A DNA stretch of 38,487 nt from a virus. Taxonomy: Duplodnaviria; Caudoviricetes. Positions 8,187-18,900 of this stretch are shown here, piece after piece (position 1 is the stretch's first letter; the number at the start of each line of letters is the position of its first letter). The notes beneath the pieces are model-generated. The model was given only the letters and a program-made list of their open reading frames with translations, did not search any database and had not been told where the DNA came from. The stretch lies in IMG/VR virus record IMGVR_UViG_3300012919_000017, positions 1 through 38,487 of that record; one strand, 5' to 3'. A program made the translations under genes and the position numbers.

Positions 8187-11100
8187 TATACGAAGTTCTG
8201 ACCTCCTACGATACCGTAAACAATTCCCGTAGCAGCATCAGACTTTAATCCAGCACCATCAAATATCTTGAAGGAATATATGTCAGTTTTATTTCCAGAT
8301 TGAGTGACTACGGGTATAACTCCACCTGGCCATTTGACTAAACAAGTACTTCCCGAACCAACATGGAATTGATCCAAATTGACAGTCTGGGCAGAAGAGG
8401 GTTGTTCTATTTTTATTGTGAATGATGTAGCATCATCAGGTATATTCTGCAATCTAAAAGCATTTACTGTTTGGTTAGGTGACAAAGTAAATGATTGTGC
8501 TACGCTCAAGTCTACAAAAACATCTCCAGTGTTAACTACAAGTGTTCCTACGTTCTCAGAATAAGATTTAAATCTTGCGTGTCCTTCAATGTCCAATTTT
8601 GCTCTAGGAGCCGTTATTCCGATACCAATGTTATCACCATTAGTTTTCAATGCAGTGATAGTTCCCACACCAACATCTAGACTAGTTGTATCAACAGAAC
8701 CAGTTACAATATTACCAGTAGAACTATTTAAATTAAGTCCTGATGCTGTCAATATTCCAGTAACACTAAGATTCTTAACTAGTATTTCATCAGGGAAAAG
8801 AGCACTATTGTTAACTACCAAAGATGTTCCACCTTCACCAGTTGCTCCAATTGTACACGTTGCAATTGGCGTTGATGTGCCAATACCTACAAAGTCTAAT
8901 GCAGTATTGTATATTCCGTTATCAGCAGCAGTTCTTGACCATGATTCTGCTATGCTAGGATCAACCCATTCTACACCAGTTCCTGTTGATTTCAGTAACT
9001 GTCCAGCAGTTCCGTTACTACCACCTACCTGAATTTTTCCATAGAATGCTGCATCACCACCTATGCTTACGGTCAAAGCAGAACCAACAGTAACTCCAAT
9101 ACCACTAACACTTAGTCTAGTTGTACCTGCACCTACTTGAAGTGTATTATCACCTGCAGTTGTTGATCCTATTGCTACTTTATCAAAGGTGTAACTATCA
9201 CTATCAATCGTAAGACTTACGTTTCCAAATCTTCTCCAAGCATTATCTTGAGTGTATACCCATCCAAGATATCCACCATCAGTAGGATCTGAAGCATAAA
9301 CAATATCACCAGGATTACCTGCTAATGTTGGTTGAGTTGCAGACAGCGTGTGCTTTCTTGATATTGTCTGATCACCTTGAATATAGAATGCCTGTGCTTC
9401 GATACCCTTTTCAGAGAATGAAGTTACCTTATTGTTAAAGATGATTGGACCACTAAATTCAGATGATGCCTTGTTGTCACTACCACCCTCAACTTTAATC
9501 GATCTGCTAAATGCACCCTCAGTAGCATTTACAATGTTAAGGTCCGAGCGATTACCAATATCATCACCTGTTATGGTTTGAATTGGAGTGTCAAAGATCT
9601 CTTCTTGTCCAGTAACACTACTTAATTTCTTATTACCAGTATATGATACACCTTGATCATTCATACCAGTGTAGAAGTTTACACCACCCTTTCTTCTCTT
9701 AGATTGAGTAAGTAGTTCTTCTTTTGGTGATATGTCTCTGTCCTGCCTATCAGGGAAAGCAGTAGAATAATTACCTGGACCAAATCCAACATACTCAAAG
9801 GTATGTCCAGAAGCACGAATAATTGAGTGTCTTCTAAGTTCAATAGGACTTATATGAATTTTCCTAACAACTGATCCAATGTCATGAGACTTTGGTTTTG
9901 TTCCTAAAACACCACGGAATACTTTTAGTGGAGCAGTTTGCGTAGCAGGAGCAGATGCACAGTCTGTCGTTGTTTTAACTCTAACAATTTCGTTATTAAC
10001 GGTTAGATAATCTCCAATTTGAATATCCAAATTAGCGATGTTAGTCAATGCGACTTCATCTATAGTTGCATTTACAACATCTGCAGACAATGTAGTTGTA
10101 GTTCCATTATAAGTAGGAACCATTCTTCCATTTAAACTTTCATTTTCTGGAGTGATAATACCTTGATTAGATGCATATCCTTCTCGGTATACAAAAGGAG
10201 AACCTTGAGTAGCAGGTTCAGATGTACCTACACCTAAATTAATCGAGAATGAAGTTAAACTTCTATTTTCTGTAACTACAAAACTACCATTATATCCACG
10301 AGAATCTAATGTAAAGTCAGCGAGTCTAATTTTATTATCAACTTTTAAACCATGATTAGTAGTTGTGGTAACTATACCAATACCAGTTGTCTTATTGTAA
10401 GTAAATGAAGCAACGGAAAGTGCCTCACCTGTTTGATAAACATAAGCGTCTTGTGTTCTTACACTTCCTGTCCCAGTTGTAGTAAAACCAGTTATAGAAT
10501 TTGACGAAATAACATCTACACTCTTAGCAAATCCAACATTCACATTACCAATTCGATATAGATTGTTATATCCAGAGTAAGAATCAGATGAAACACCAGC
10601 AACTCTAACTACATCACCAACATTGTTATAAACTTGATCAACTTTTACTACTGCTTGAACATTTCCTGCTGTAAATGCAATACCTGTAATAGCCAATGTA
10701 TTACCAATACCATATGCACTACCACCATCCATTATCTTAAGTGATGTCACACCACCACCAGAGTCTATAGTTACCTTAGCAGTAGCACCTTCACCAGTTA
10801 CAGAAGAACCTATTGAAACAAGTTTTGCATTATAGAAAGAACCACCTGATCCACTACCATCACCATAATTTGCACCACTACTTGCAATGCTTACTTTGGT
10901 AATTCTATTCAAACCATGTTCAACACCAGTGAAAATTTGATGTGAAGTAGAAGAATTTGATGTAATATTAGTTACACCTACACCAACACCACCATCTTTA
11001 AGATACTTATTTAAAGTTTCTCTTGTTACGCTATTTTGTACATCATCAACAACAACGTCACCAATTATTTTTCCTCTGGCAAAAGAACTTGCTGCTTTAG

Positions 11101-14100
11101 GGTCAGAATCAGGATTATCTCTATTTGTTTGTGGATATAAATCCTTAATTGGTTGAGAATAATCTTCTTGAGTAAATGGTGCTACGGTAGGATTATTAGA
11201 AGCATTTAATAATGTTAGATAGTAAACACCATCTTGTTCTCCTGCCACATATTCCTGAGACTCTTCATGTCGGTATATAAAATAAGTATCATCAAAAGTT
11301 TTTCTCTTGAAATGTGGTAACGAAGTAGTTCTGGTAGAGGTATTATCAATAAAAGTACCAGGACTTGTAGTTAACCCAACGGTAAACTGCTTAGAACTTC
11401 CAACATCAGTAACAATGTAATTATTATTAAATCCAGAATTACTAATTCCTGTTTGATTATTAGAACTCTTAATATTCAAAAGTTCTACAGAAGAACCTAC
11501 TGACAAATCATGAGGAAGTTCTGTAGTAATTGTTGCTTCACTACCACTGTGTTCCGCATTAGCAATAAATCGGAAATTTCTTTGTTGATTTTCATTAGTA
11601 AGAGAACCTGTTCCAAAATAGGTTTGTATTTCACCATCAGTTGATCCTATTGAAGTATTAGACTCTTGAATGATAAATCCATCACTCGGTGGTTTAGCAA
11701 CATCTCCTCCTAATGAAGATGGAATTACATATCTTGCACGATAAATTGTATCTAATGCGTTTCTATCATCAGTTCTTCTTGTCAAGAAGGTTCTTGGAGT
11801 TGCACTTCCCAATCCAGTTGAACCAACACCAACTATTCTGGTAAAGATAGTGTTATCATCAGCAACTTTTATAAACCACTGAGTATTTGTTGGGTCATAT
11901 TGTATTGGATGTCCGATATCACCAGAAGTTTTATCAGATACTCTACTTTCAATTTTTAAGGAACCACCTTTATCATTAATTGTTAATGGAGTTGCATCTA
12001 TAGCATCATTTACAGTTTTTGCTAACTTAATGTTAGTATTAGTTGTAATTCCAGAACCTTGAGTTTTATCAGTAATCGCAAAATAAAGAGTATTTGCATC
12101 AACTCCATCAGGTAATTGACCATTATCACTAATAATTCTAATCGATTCACCTGATAGGAAAGTATGAGCAGCAGTTAAGGTAATCACATTCTGCGAACCA
12201 CCCGCACTAAATTGTCCTATACTGTTTATACCTGTATTGCTTCTATCAACATCAAATGACTTTTTAAAACTAGAGGTAGAACCAGGCATCACTATTCTGG
12301 CACTATATTCAGTTGTTACTCCATCAGTTGGTAGAAGAACCTTTAAAGTATCATTTGATTTTGCACCAACTCGATATCCTTCAATAACATTTTCAGGTGG
12401 AACATCTTCATTTTTCTTATCGAAGAGATATAAATGAGAGGTTGATCCAATACCAACAGCAGTTCCTGTTACATTAACATCAATAGACTCAAATTCTACA
12501 GAACTCTCGGAAAGTGCAACCTCTTTTGGAGGTATAATGTGAGTGATATATCCTTTATCATCTTGCTTAAATGAATCATTCTTAAATCCATCTGCAGATA
12601 GTGCAACAGCACCAAAGTTAGAGTTGGAGTTTGTGAGAGATATATCTCCACCATTCTCCACAACAAAGTGCTCTGCATAACCAATAGCAAATACAGATAC
12701 TGCCTGAACAACAGAATTATTAGTAACCTTAAGATGGAAATTTCTGTATTCTGGTTTGTATACTGCTTTTGAATTAGTGCTTAAGTTTTCATTTCCTGGT
12801 GTTGTATTATCATCATATTGTCCTGTAGGAGGATTGCTTGAGTTATAAAGTACAAATGCGTTATCATCCTTCTGCAATCCAATACCAGTAAACTGAGCAA
12901 TAACCATAGATCTAAATCCAGTGGCTTTCTTACCATCAGTAAGACATCCACACATACCAAATACAGATCTAAGTGATACGTTGAAAATATATGGAGATGC
13001 TGATGTTACAGTATCAGAAGATAGAGTTATAGTTGCACCAGTCGCATTTGGACTTGCTGATGGTGGAGCATTTTGAACTGAATAAACAACAGAATCACTT
13101 GTTGGTCTTTCTGCTACAACAAATTTTCCGTTATATTCATCAACCGTAACTCCCGATACACGAAAAGGAGTATCTACGTCTAATCCTGTAAATGTGCTAT
13201 CATTAAGAAATGCTGTAATTTGAGTTGTTGAGGTTGTGCCATCACCTGATCTAATACTAGTAATTCCAACAGATTTTCCTGTCGAACCAACAATTCTAAA
13301 TTCATCAATTTTAGGTTGTATGTCTAATCCAGTGCTTGGATAGTCTGGTTCAATTGCACGACCAGATGATTGACCATATACAAGACTAACTTTCTCATAA
13401 TACATCTCCAAATCAGTTCGATCTGTTGAATAATTTAAAAAGGTGTCATTTATTTTGACATCATTTACACCATCTGCATACTCAAAGCAAGTTAGTTTGT
13501 GATGAGAGAAATTAGGAACAAATTCATTAATGGTATAATCAATATAACACTTCCCATTAGGATTTGCGTCAAACATGGAAAATTGCCAAAAATAGCAACC
13601 ACCAGTTACACGGAATAATGCACTTCTTCCAATATTATCGTTTTCAGGATTTGGAACATATTTTGGTCTAATCTTCGTTTTTCTTAAATCAAGACCTACA
13701 AGAGATGTTCCTCTAGGAATTATAACTCCACCATGTATACTGTTTAACTTGAAAAGTGCGTTTGCAGATGATTCTAAATCAAAATTTGTAGTTAAATCAA
13801 ATGCAGATAAGTCATCAGTTGTCTGACCATTTCTAAGTATAAAATTATTTGCACCATCAGGAATATAACCAGGTCTATTATCTACAATGTGTTCACCAGG
13901 ATATAATAAAATTGTTGTTTTACCAAATCTATCATTATCTAAACCTTTCTGATATGAAAATCTTGCTGATTCAATTAATGCACGTTGAATTGTCTTGAAT
14001 GGACGAGTCAGTGAATTACCACGATTTTCAATGCCATCAGTAGCATCCAAATCATTAGGGTTGACATAGAGGATTGTTCCTCGTGCCGACTTAAGAAAAT

Positions 14101-14122
14101 TATCTAATCTGGAAAGACCCAT
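8186..14122 (-). CDS. Large virion structural / tail-fibre protein
   Basis: 1978 aa. N-terminal 'LYVNPNDLDATD...GNSLTRPFKTIQRAL' (cyanophage structural / pectin-lyase-like cap); repeated 'T...H.L..G..I.(L/I)' modules; GIGT fibre repeats; C-terminal 'VKWPGG..P..T....DIYSF' domain. Confidence 0.85.
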   Translation of the reverse strand: MGLSRLDNFLKSARGTILYVNPNDLDATDGIENRGNSLTRPFKTIQRALIESARFSYQKGLDNDRFGKTTILLYPGEHIVDNRPGYIPDGANNFILRNGQTTDDLSAFDLTTNFDLESSANALFKLNSIHGGVIIPRGTSLVGLDLRKTKIRPKYVPNPENDNIGRSALFRVTGGCYFWQFSMFDANPNGKCYIDYTINEFVPNFSHHKLTCFEYADGVNDVKINDTFLNYSTDRTDLEMYYEKVSLVYGQSSGRAIEPDYPSTGLDIQPKIDEFRIVGSTGKSVGITSIRSGDGTTSTTQITAFLNDSTFTGLDVDTPFRVSGVTVDEYNGKFVVAERPTSDSVVYSVQNAPPSASPNATGATITLSSDTVTSASPYIFNVSLRSVFGMCGCLTDGKKATGFRSMVIAQFTGIGLQKDDNAFVLYNSSNPPTGQYDDNTTPGNENLSTNSKAVYKPEYRNFHLKVTNNSVVQAVSVFAIGYAEHFVVENGGDISLTNSNSNFGAVALSADGFKNDSFKQDDKGYITHIIPPKEVALSESSVEFESIDVNVTGTAVGIGSTSHLYLFDKKNEDVPPENVIEGYRVGAKSNDTLKVLLPTDGVTTEYSARIVMPGSTSSFKKSFDVDRSNTGINSIGQFSAGGSQNVITLTAAHTFLSGESIRIISDNGQLPDGVDANTLYFAITDKTQGSGITTNTNIKLAKTVNDAIDATPLTINDKGGSLKIESRVSDKTSGDIGHPIQYDPTNTQWFIKVADDNTIFTRIVGVGSTGLGSATPRTFLTRRTDDRNALDTIYRARYVIPSSLGGDVAKPPSDGFIIQESNTSIGSTDGEIQTYFGTGSLTNENQQRNFRFIANAEHSGSEATITTELPHDLSVGSSVELLNIKSSNNQTGISNSGFNNNYIVTDVGSSKQFTVGLTTSPGTFIDNTSTRTTSLPHFKRKTFDDTYFIYRHEESQEYVAGEQDGVYYLTLLNASNNPTVAPFTQEDYSQPIKDLYPQTNRDNPDSDPKAASSFARGKIIGDVVVDDVQNSVTRETLNKYLKDGGVGVGVTNITSNSSTSHQIFTGVEHGLNRITKVSIASSGANYGDGSGSGGSFYNAKLVSIGSSVTGEGATAKVTIDSGGGVTSLKIMDGGSAYGIGNTLAITGIAFTAGNVQAVVKVDQVYNNVGDVVRVAGVSSDSYSGYNNLYRIGNVNVGFAKSVDVISSNSITGFTTTGTGSVRTQDAYVYQTGEALSVASFTYNKTTGIGIVTTTTNHGLKVDNKIRLADFTLDSRGYNGSFVVTENRSLTSFSINLGVGTSEPATQGSPFVYREGYASNQGIITPENESLNGRMVPTYNGTTTTLSADVVNATIDEVALTNIANLDIQIGDYLTVNNEIVRVKTTTDCASAPATQTAPLKVFRGVLGTKPKSHDIGSVVRKIHISPIELRRHSIIRASGHTFEYVGFGPGNYSTAFPDRQDRDISPKEELLTQSKRRKGGVNFYTGMNDQGVSYTGNKKLSSVTGQEEIFDTPIQTITGDDIGNRSDLNIVNATEGAFSRSIKVEGGSDNKASSEFSGPIIFNNKVTSFSEKGIEAQAFYIQGDQTISRKHTLSATQPTLAGNPGDIVYASDPTDGGYLGWVYTQDNAWRRFGNVSLTIDSDSYTFDKVAIGSTTAGDNTLQVGAGTTRLSVSGIGVTVGSALTVSIGGDAAFYGKIQVGGSNGTAGQLLKSTGTGVEWVDPSIAESWSRTAADNGIYNTALDFVGIGTSTPIATCTIGATGEGGTSLVVNNSALFPDEILVKNLSVTGILTASGLNLNSSTGNIVTGSVDTTSLDVGVGTITALKTNGDNIGIGITAPRAKLDIEGHARFKSYSENVGTLVVNTGDVFVDLSVAQSFTLSPNQTVNAFRLQNIPDDATSFTIKIEQPSSAQTVNLDQFHVGSGSTCLVKWPGGVIPVVTQSGNKTDIYSFKIFDGAGLKSDAATGIVYGIVGGQNFV

Positions 14123-14152
14123 CTTATTAGCACTATAGTTCTTGTTATGGAT

Positions 14153-14159
14153 TATTTAT
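14153..14159 (-). promoter_or_regulatory. Late promoter ATAAATA
   Basis: 31 nt upstream of ATG 14122. Confidence 0.6.
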
Positions 14160-14216
14160 CATTGAACAAATCCATGCAAAACCCTTCGTGCGTAAAAAAT
14201 TGGCGGGATTTTTTTC

Positions 14217-14240
14217 CGACTTTTTTGAAACTAAAAGTCG
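14217..14240. repeat. Inverted repeat CGACTTTT-N8-AAAAGTCG in a structured intergenic region
   Basis: Perfect 8-bp arms at 14217-14224 and 14233-14240. Confidence 0.75.
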
Positions 14241-14248
14241 ATTTTCCC

Positions 14249-14431
14249 TCAGAGGGGATCCGCATACGATAACACATCTTCAGGACATGAATCTCTTACA
14301 AGATTTAACACACTCATGAATTGTTCAACAGTATCACAATCAACAACTCTTTTTTCTCCTTCACTAGAGTAAAGATAGAATTTTCTCTGTGCGGTATCCA
14401 CTACACATCGTGTTACATATTCGTCTTCCAT
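14249..14431 (-). CDS. Small hypothetical phage protein
   Basis: 60 aa with ATG start; fills the gap between genes and has its own sigma70-like promoter. Confidence 0.7.
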   Translation of the reverse strand: MEDEYVTRCVVDTAQRKFYLYSSEGEKRVVDCDTVEQFMSVLNLVRDSCPEDVLSYADPL

Positions 14432-14444
14432 ACAATTTTAAGGA

Positions 14445-14483
14445 ATACTATCATACCTTAGCATGAAGTCAACAGTTTGTCAA
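14445..14483 (-). promoter_or_regulatory. Host sigma70-type (early) promoter candidate
   Basis: TTGACT(14472-14467)-16 nt-TAGTAT(14450-14445) with TGn extension. A second TTGACA(14483-14478) is followed 17 nt later by TAAGGT. Confidence 0.55.
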
Positions 14484-15250
14484 AGTGTGCGTGTATTCTG
14501 ACCTTCGTATTTAGGATCATTTGAATCAGGATCTGGATAATCCTCCCATGTTTCACCCTCATACTCTACAACCAATGGATTAATATCCTTTCTCTCTGCG
14601 TACACATGAAAAAAGCAATCAATTGGAATGCCACTTCTTGACTGAAGATATATCTTTTCAGTATCCCATCTCTTCACAATAATATCTTGATGAGCACCGA
14701 TTGCTTGCAACTGAACACTAATACTATTCATATGAACCAAATCTTTCCAATACTCTGGTAATATAATCTCCGTCTTATTCCTAACTCTACCTCTATGATA
14801 TACAGCAACCTCTGCACCCTCTATACAGGCGTGTGCAAGACGCATTCCATCCTCAGAGGGGTGTTTTATATCAAACTTCTTAGGAGAGGCATCTGCTTGC
14901 TTGTGTCTTGCTTCTAGTCTACCTGTAGATTGGCAGTCAACTGACCCAGTGACATATAAATCACCAGTAACATACATATTACCCTTTGTTTTTAATGCAG
15001 TTGGTTTTCTACCTGACACACCTAGAGAACTCTCTGGCATCGAGCATGTGGGGTCATTGTTACTAGTTTTGCCGACCATCAAAGTTGCATCATTATTATT
15101 AAAGTCTTCTGGATCACCCACAACCATTGGTCCTTCAACAGCAGCAGAACCATTTATTTTATTAAATTTTCCAGATTTTATTGCAGCATAAGCACCAGTG
15201 CCAACGTGCAATTGACCACCAATTTGAACATCATCGAAATTAAAAGACAT
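14480..15250 (-). CDS. Baseplate spike-associated protein with a C-terminal intramolecular-chaperone-like domain
   Basis: 256 aa. 'KKFDIKHPS...RLAHACIEGAEVAVYHRGR...ILPEYWKDLV...VQLQAIG...AERKD' motif; lies in the gp5 cluster. Confidence 0.6.
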   Translation of the reverse strand: MSFNFDDVQIGGQLHVGTGAYAAIKSGKFNKINGSAAVEGPMVVGDPEDFNNNDATLMVGKTSNNDPTCSMPESSLGVSGRKPTALKTKGNMYVTGDLYVTGSVDCQSTGRLEARHKQADASPKKFDIKHPSEDGMRLAHACIEGAEVAVYHRGRVRNKTEIILPEYWKDLVHMNSISVQLQAIGAHQDIIVKRWDTEKIYLQSRSGIPIDCFFHVYAERKDINPLVVEYEGETWEDYPDPDSNDPKYEGQNTRTL

Positions 15251-15254
15251 TTAA

Positions 15255-15929
15255 TTAACCCCCCTCAAAATTAGCAAAGTTTTGTTGATCCTGTCGCTGT
15301 GCTCTTTTTGCTGCTTCATTTGGATTTTGCTTATCATAGAATTTTTGTCCTCCAACTTTTGAATCTTTGTGTTTAACTGCAGCAGTAACTCCTCTAATTA
15401 CGTTCCCATACATTTGTAGAGTTCCATTAGCTATGACTTGTCCTTGTTGAGAACTTACAATCTTATACATTGTTTTTGAATTAACCAAAAATTTTTTAGA
15501 ATTACTTATGACAGATTCTGTTGCTGTTAATTTTATATTACCTTTTGAACTACCCTCACCAACAGCAACTAATTCAATATCAGTACCCTGTAATCTTATT
15601 TTACCATTAGTTGCTGTAATTGCAATGTCACCATTTACAGCAGTTAATATCATGCTGTTCTCTGCTTCTTGATTGGCACTTCCACACTCAACTTGAAAAT
15701 TACCTGGTCCTATTGATGTAGTCCATCCTTTTCTTTGACCGTCAATATCTAATGTTAATTGATGCTCTGCATCTGGTGTATGCAACCCAATTCCTGTTGT
15801 AACATCACCCTTCTTGGCAATTTGACCCATTTGGACACGACCTTGTGCCGTTCCATAACTAATTGCATTATAATTTTTCTTGGCACCTTTACCACTCCTA
15901 TCTAATTTTAAATTTTCAGTTCTTGCCAT
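15255..15929 (-). CDS. gp5 C-terminal-like beta-helical spike protein
   Basis: 224 aa with periodic beta-strand repeats (ILTAVNGDIAITATNGKIRLQGTDIELVA); downstream of the gp5 OB-fold gene. Confidence 0.55.
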   Translation of the reverse strand: MARTENLKLDRSGKGAKKNYNAISYGTAQGRVQMGQIAKKGDVTTGIGLHTPDAEHQLTLDIDGQRKGWTTSIGPGNFQVECGSANQEAENSMILTAVNGDIAITATNGKIRLQGTDIELVAVGEGSSKGNIKLTATESVISNSKKFLVNSKTMYKIVSSQQGQVIANGTLQMYGNVIRGVTAAVKHKDSKVGGQKFYDKQNPNEAAKRAQRQDQQNFANFEGG

Positions 15930-15931
15930 AT

Positions 15932-18900
15932 CTATTCAGTAAGATTTTGTGGAGTACCAGGAATATTAAGTCTTGGATTGTTACTATTTACATCTGTACC
16001 CTGTCTCTGGATTGCAGATGGAGCTGTTGTAACCTCACCATCAATACTTTCTTGTAGTGTATCATAAACACGAATTAATTGTCCAGCTGTCTCATAATAT
16101 CCTGCATATGCGAGACCATCTTTAAAGAATACTGCACCATAGTAGGGTCTTCCTTGATAGTATCCAGTTTGTTTCAACCCAACAAGATCTGTTACCTGTA
16201 TTAACTGATCATCTGAAACATCAAGTGGATCTCTCCTCACAACAATCTTAGGAGTACCTTTAAAACCAATACCTGTATCAGTAATTATATCAATATCAGG
16301 AAATTCTGTTACTCCAATTCCTGTTGGAATAGGTATTTGTGGTGGTAATTTACCAAATGGTTCTAATGGTGGCATTGAGAAAGTATTTACACCAACCACG
16401 ACAACATCTTTGGGATCATAGTTAATACCAGGATCTGTTGTTATTATAACAGGAACTTCTAATGAAACTGGATAAGTTGATAAACCAACAGGATTAGTAG
16501 GAGGTTCAGGAAATCCATTACCAGGTTCTATTATATCAACATCTTTCACTATACCCTTTCCCTTTACTTCTCTAGGACATGGAGGTGGTATAAGAATACC
16601 AGCAACCGAAATTGGATTTTCCATCCAAGATTTAGTTTTATCTTCACCAGTTTCTGTTTTGCCCCTTACTTCTACGTTTTTTCTAATTTCTATTGCAAAT
16701 CCGCTTGGATTATTTTGCCAAACATAATTTGGTGGTTGTTGGAATAAAGTATCAACTCTTCCCGCATGAAAACCAGTACCAATACCAGTTGGTCTTACTG
16801 ATATGGTACGAGCACCAGCATTAACTTGAACTATTTTAATTTTACCTTCACCTGTAAAATTAGCTTTATCTCTATCAGACACACCTGGTAACGTATCAAA
16901 ATCACCAATGATAACCTCTTCATTATCAATGAATAAAGAAGCATGTGCATCATTTTGAAACTTTATCTCATACTCGCCATCTTCTGGAAAAGAAACATTA
17001 CTCCAAGTGTAATTAACAATAGGTGAGTCTGGTTCTAGTTTATTAGGAGAAACCGAAAACTTATTCATAAACGAACCCCACCCTGTAAAAGGTAAGTGAA
17101 ATAAATCAGGACCACTGTAAGTAACACCATCTTTTGCAGTGCCGCTTGAAGTTCCTACTAATATTTCCTTAAAGTCGCCACCCCAAGTAAACTTACATCT
17201 TCTACCATTGAAGTCATAAAATCTTCCATCTGTTGCAGAACATGTAATATCATCCCAAGACTCATCAGTGAAATCTTCCATCTGAACGATATTATCTGCA
17301 CCATCCTTATTTTTCAACTGAACACTTGAATTATTGGATGTTGCACCGACAGTAATTTGACGAGTAATTGTACCACCACTACCACTTCTTAACCATTCAA
17401 CAGAACCTATTTTAATTCTATCAATTGCACGACCAGCTTGTCTCCTATCATTCCATGTCAGTGTCAGAGTAGCATCACCACTCCCAACTAAACTTCTACC
17501 ATCTGGAGCAAAAGTTATACTACCACTATCAATAGTGAAAGAAGCATTAATATCTGTACCATCACCATCACGTAACGCTAATCTCTTTCCATTATTTGTA
17601 ACATTGATTGGATTATTCACAGGATGAAGACCAGTAAATTCTATTCCTCTATTATTACCAGAACTCTGACTAGTAAAAACCACATCATATACTTTACCTT
17701 TTTCAATATTGAGATTATGAGTGGAGTTAAAATTTGCACCTCCAAATTCTTTTGTCTCATTAATCAAGGGACCATTGAGAAGACTACCATTAAATAAAGT
17801 AAATTGCGATCCATATAAGGTAGCAGAGGAAACATTAAATGTTATATCTTTAAAATTACCACCATCAGGAATTTGTTTCTTTGTTCCTTGTGCTCCCCAT
17901 CCAAGAGTACTAAAAACTCTTTGACTGATTGTTTCGGTTGTGCCTTGGAAAAAATTCTCAACCTCTACGAAAACATCATGTTTACCAGGTGATAGTCCAA
18001 CCATTTTACTTGGAACAATTCCATTTTCAGGAATACCAACCTCTAAAGTAGGTTCGTTTACGGATGTTCCTTTTGGCACTATCCAAAATTTTGCTTTATC
18101 ATCTGCCTCTGCTTTAAGTTTATAGAATCCCTCATATGGAATATCAATTTCCCATTGAGTAGTATATTTTTTTCCACCACCAGAAGTATTTTCTAGTGAA
18201 TATGGTGGAATAGGAGACATACCATAACGATTTTTAAACTTAGACCAACTATCAAATGCTACTGGATGCCATTTATTACCATCGGCACTAGAAAATCTAG
18301 TTGACCAGAAAGGATTAGAGGGACATCTACCTTCCTGTATAGGCACAGGTTCTTGTGGTATTGGAGGTTCTGGTGCTTCAATTGTAACTGCTACACCTAA
18401 TGGATTTTGATTCCATGACTGAGAAATTTTCTCATCTACTTCAGTAAAAGAAGTTGATATGTTTATGGCAAGAGCCATAGGATTATCATCTGGTCCTAAT
18501 CCAAATTTACCACCAGGAATTTGATTTAATTCTGCTACAATCGTATAATTACCTGCTTTTATAAATCTCCTATACAAACTGGAACCTGTTGAATTTGATG
18601 TTCCTTCAAAAAATCCCTGTTTAAAGATGTTTACATCATCACCAATCTTCAAAGTTACATTATCATCAACAGCAACACCAATATCATACTCACCAGATAT
18701 CGGGAAGTTTACATTGTGCCATTTAATGGTATGCGTACCAGGATAACTTGTTTCATGTTCAATTGTAGTATCAAACGGAGAAACGCCATAACGATTTAAA
18801 AATCCTTCTGCACTATTTTCTCTTTGAGATTCTCTAAGTGTATTAGTTCTCCATAATTCTCTGTTTGCTTTATCAATAAACTCCATAGTATTAAATACTC

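Noticed and set aside
14247-14861. 11-bp repeat cctcagagggg at 14247 and 14851
   Set aside because: Only two short copies, both largely in coding sequence; compatible with chance.
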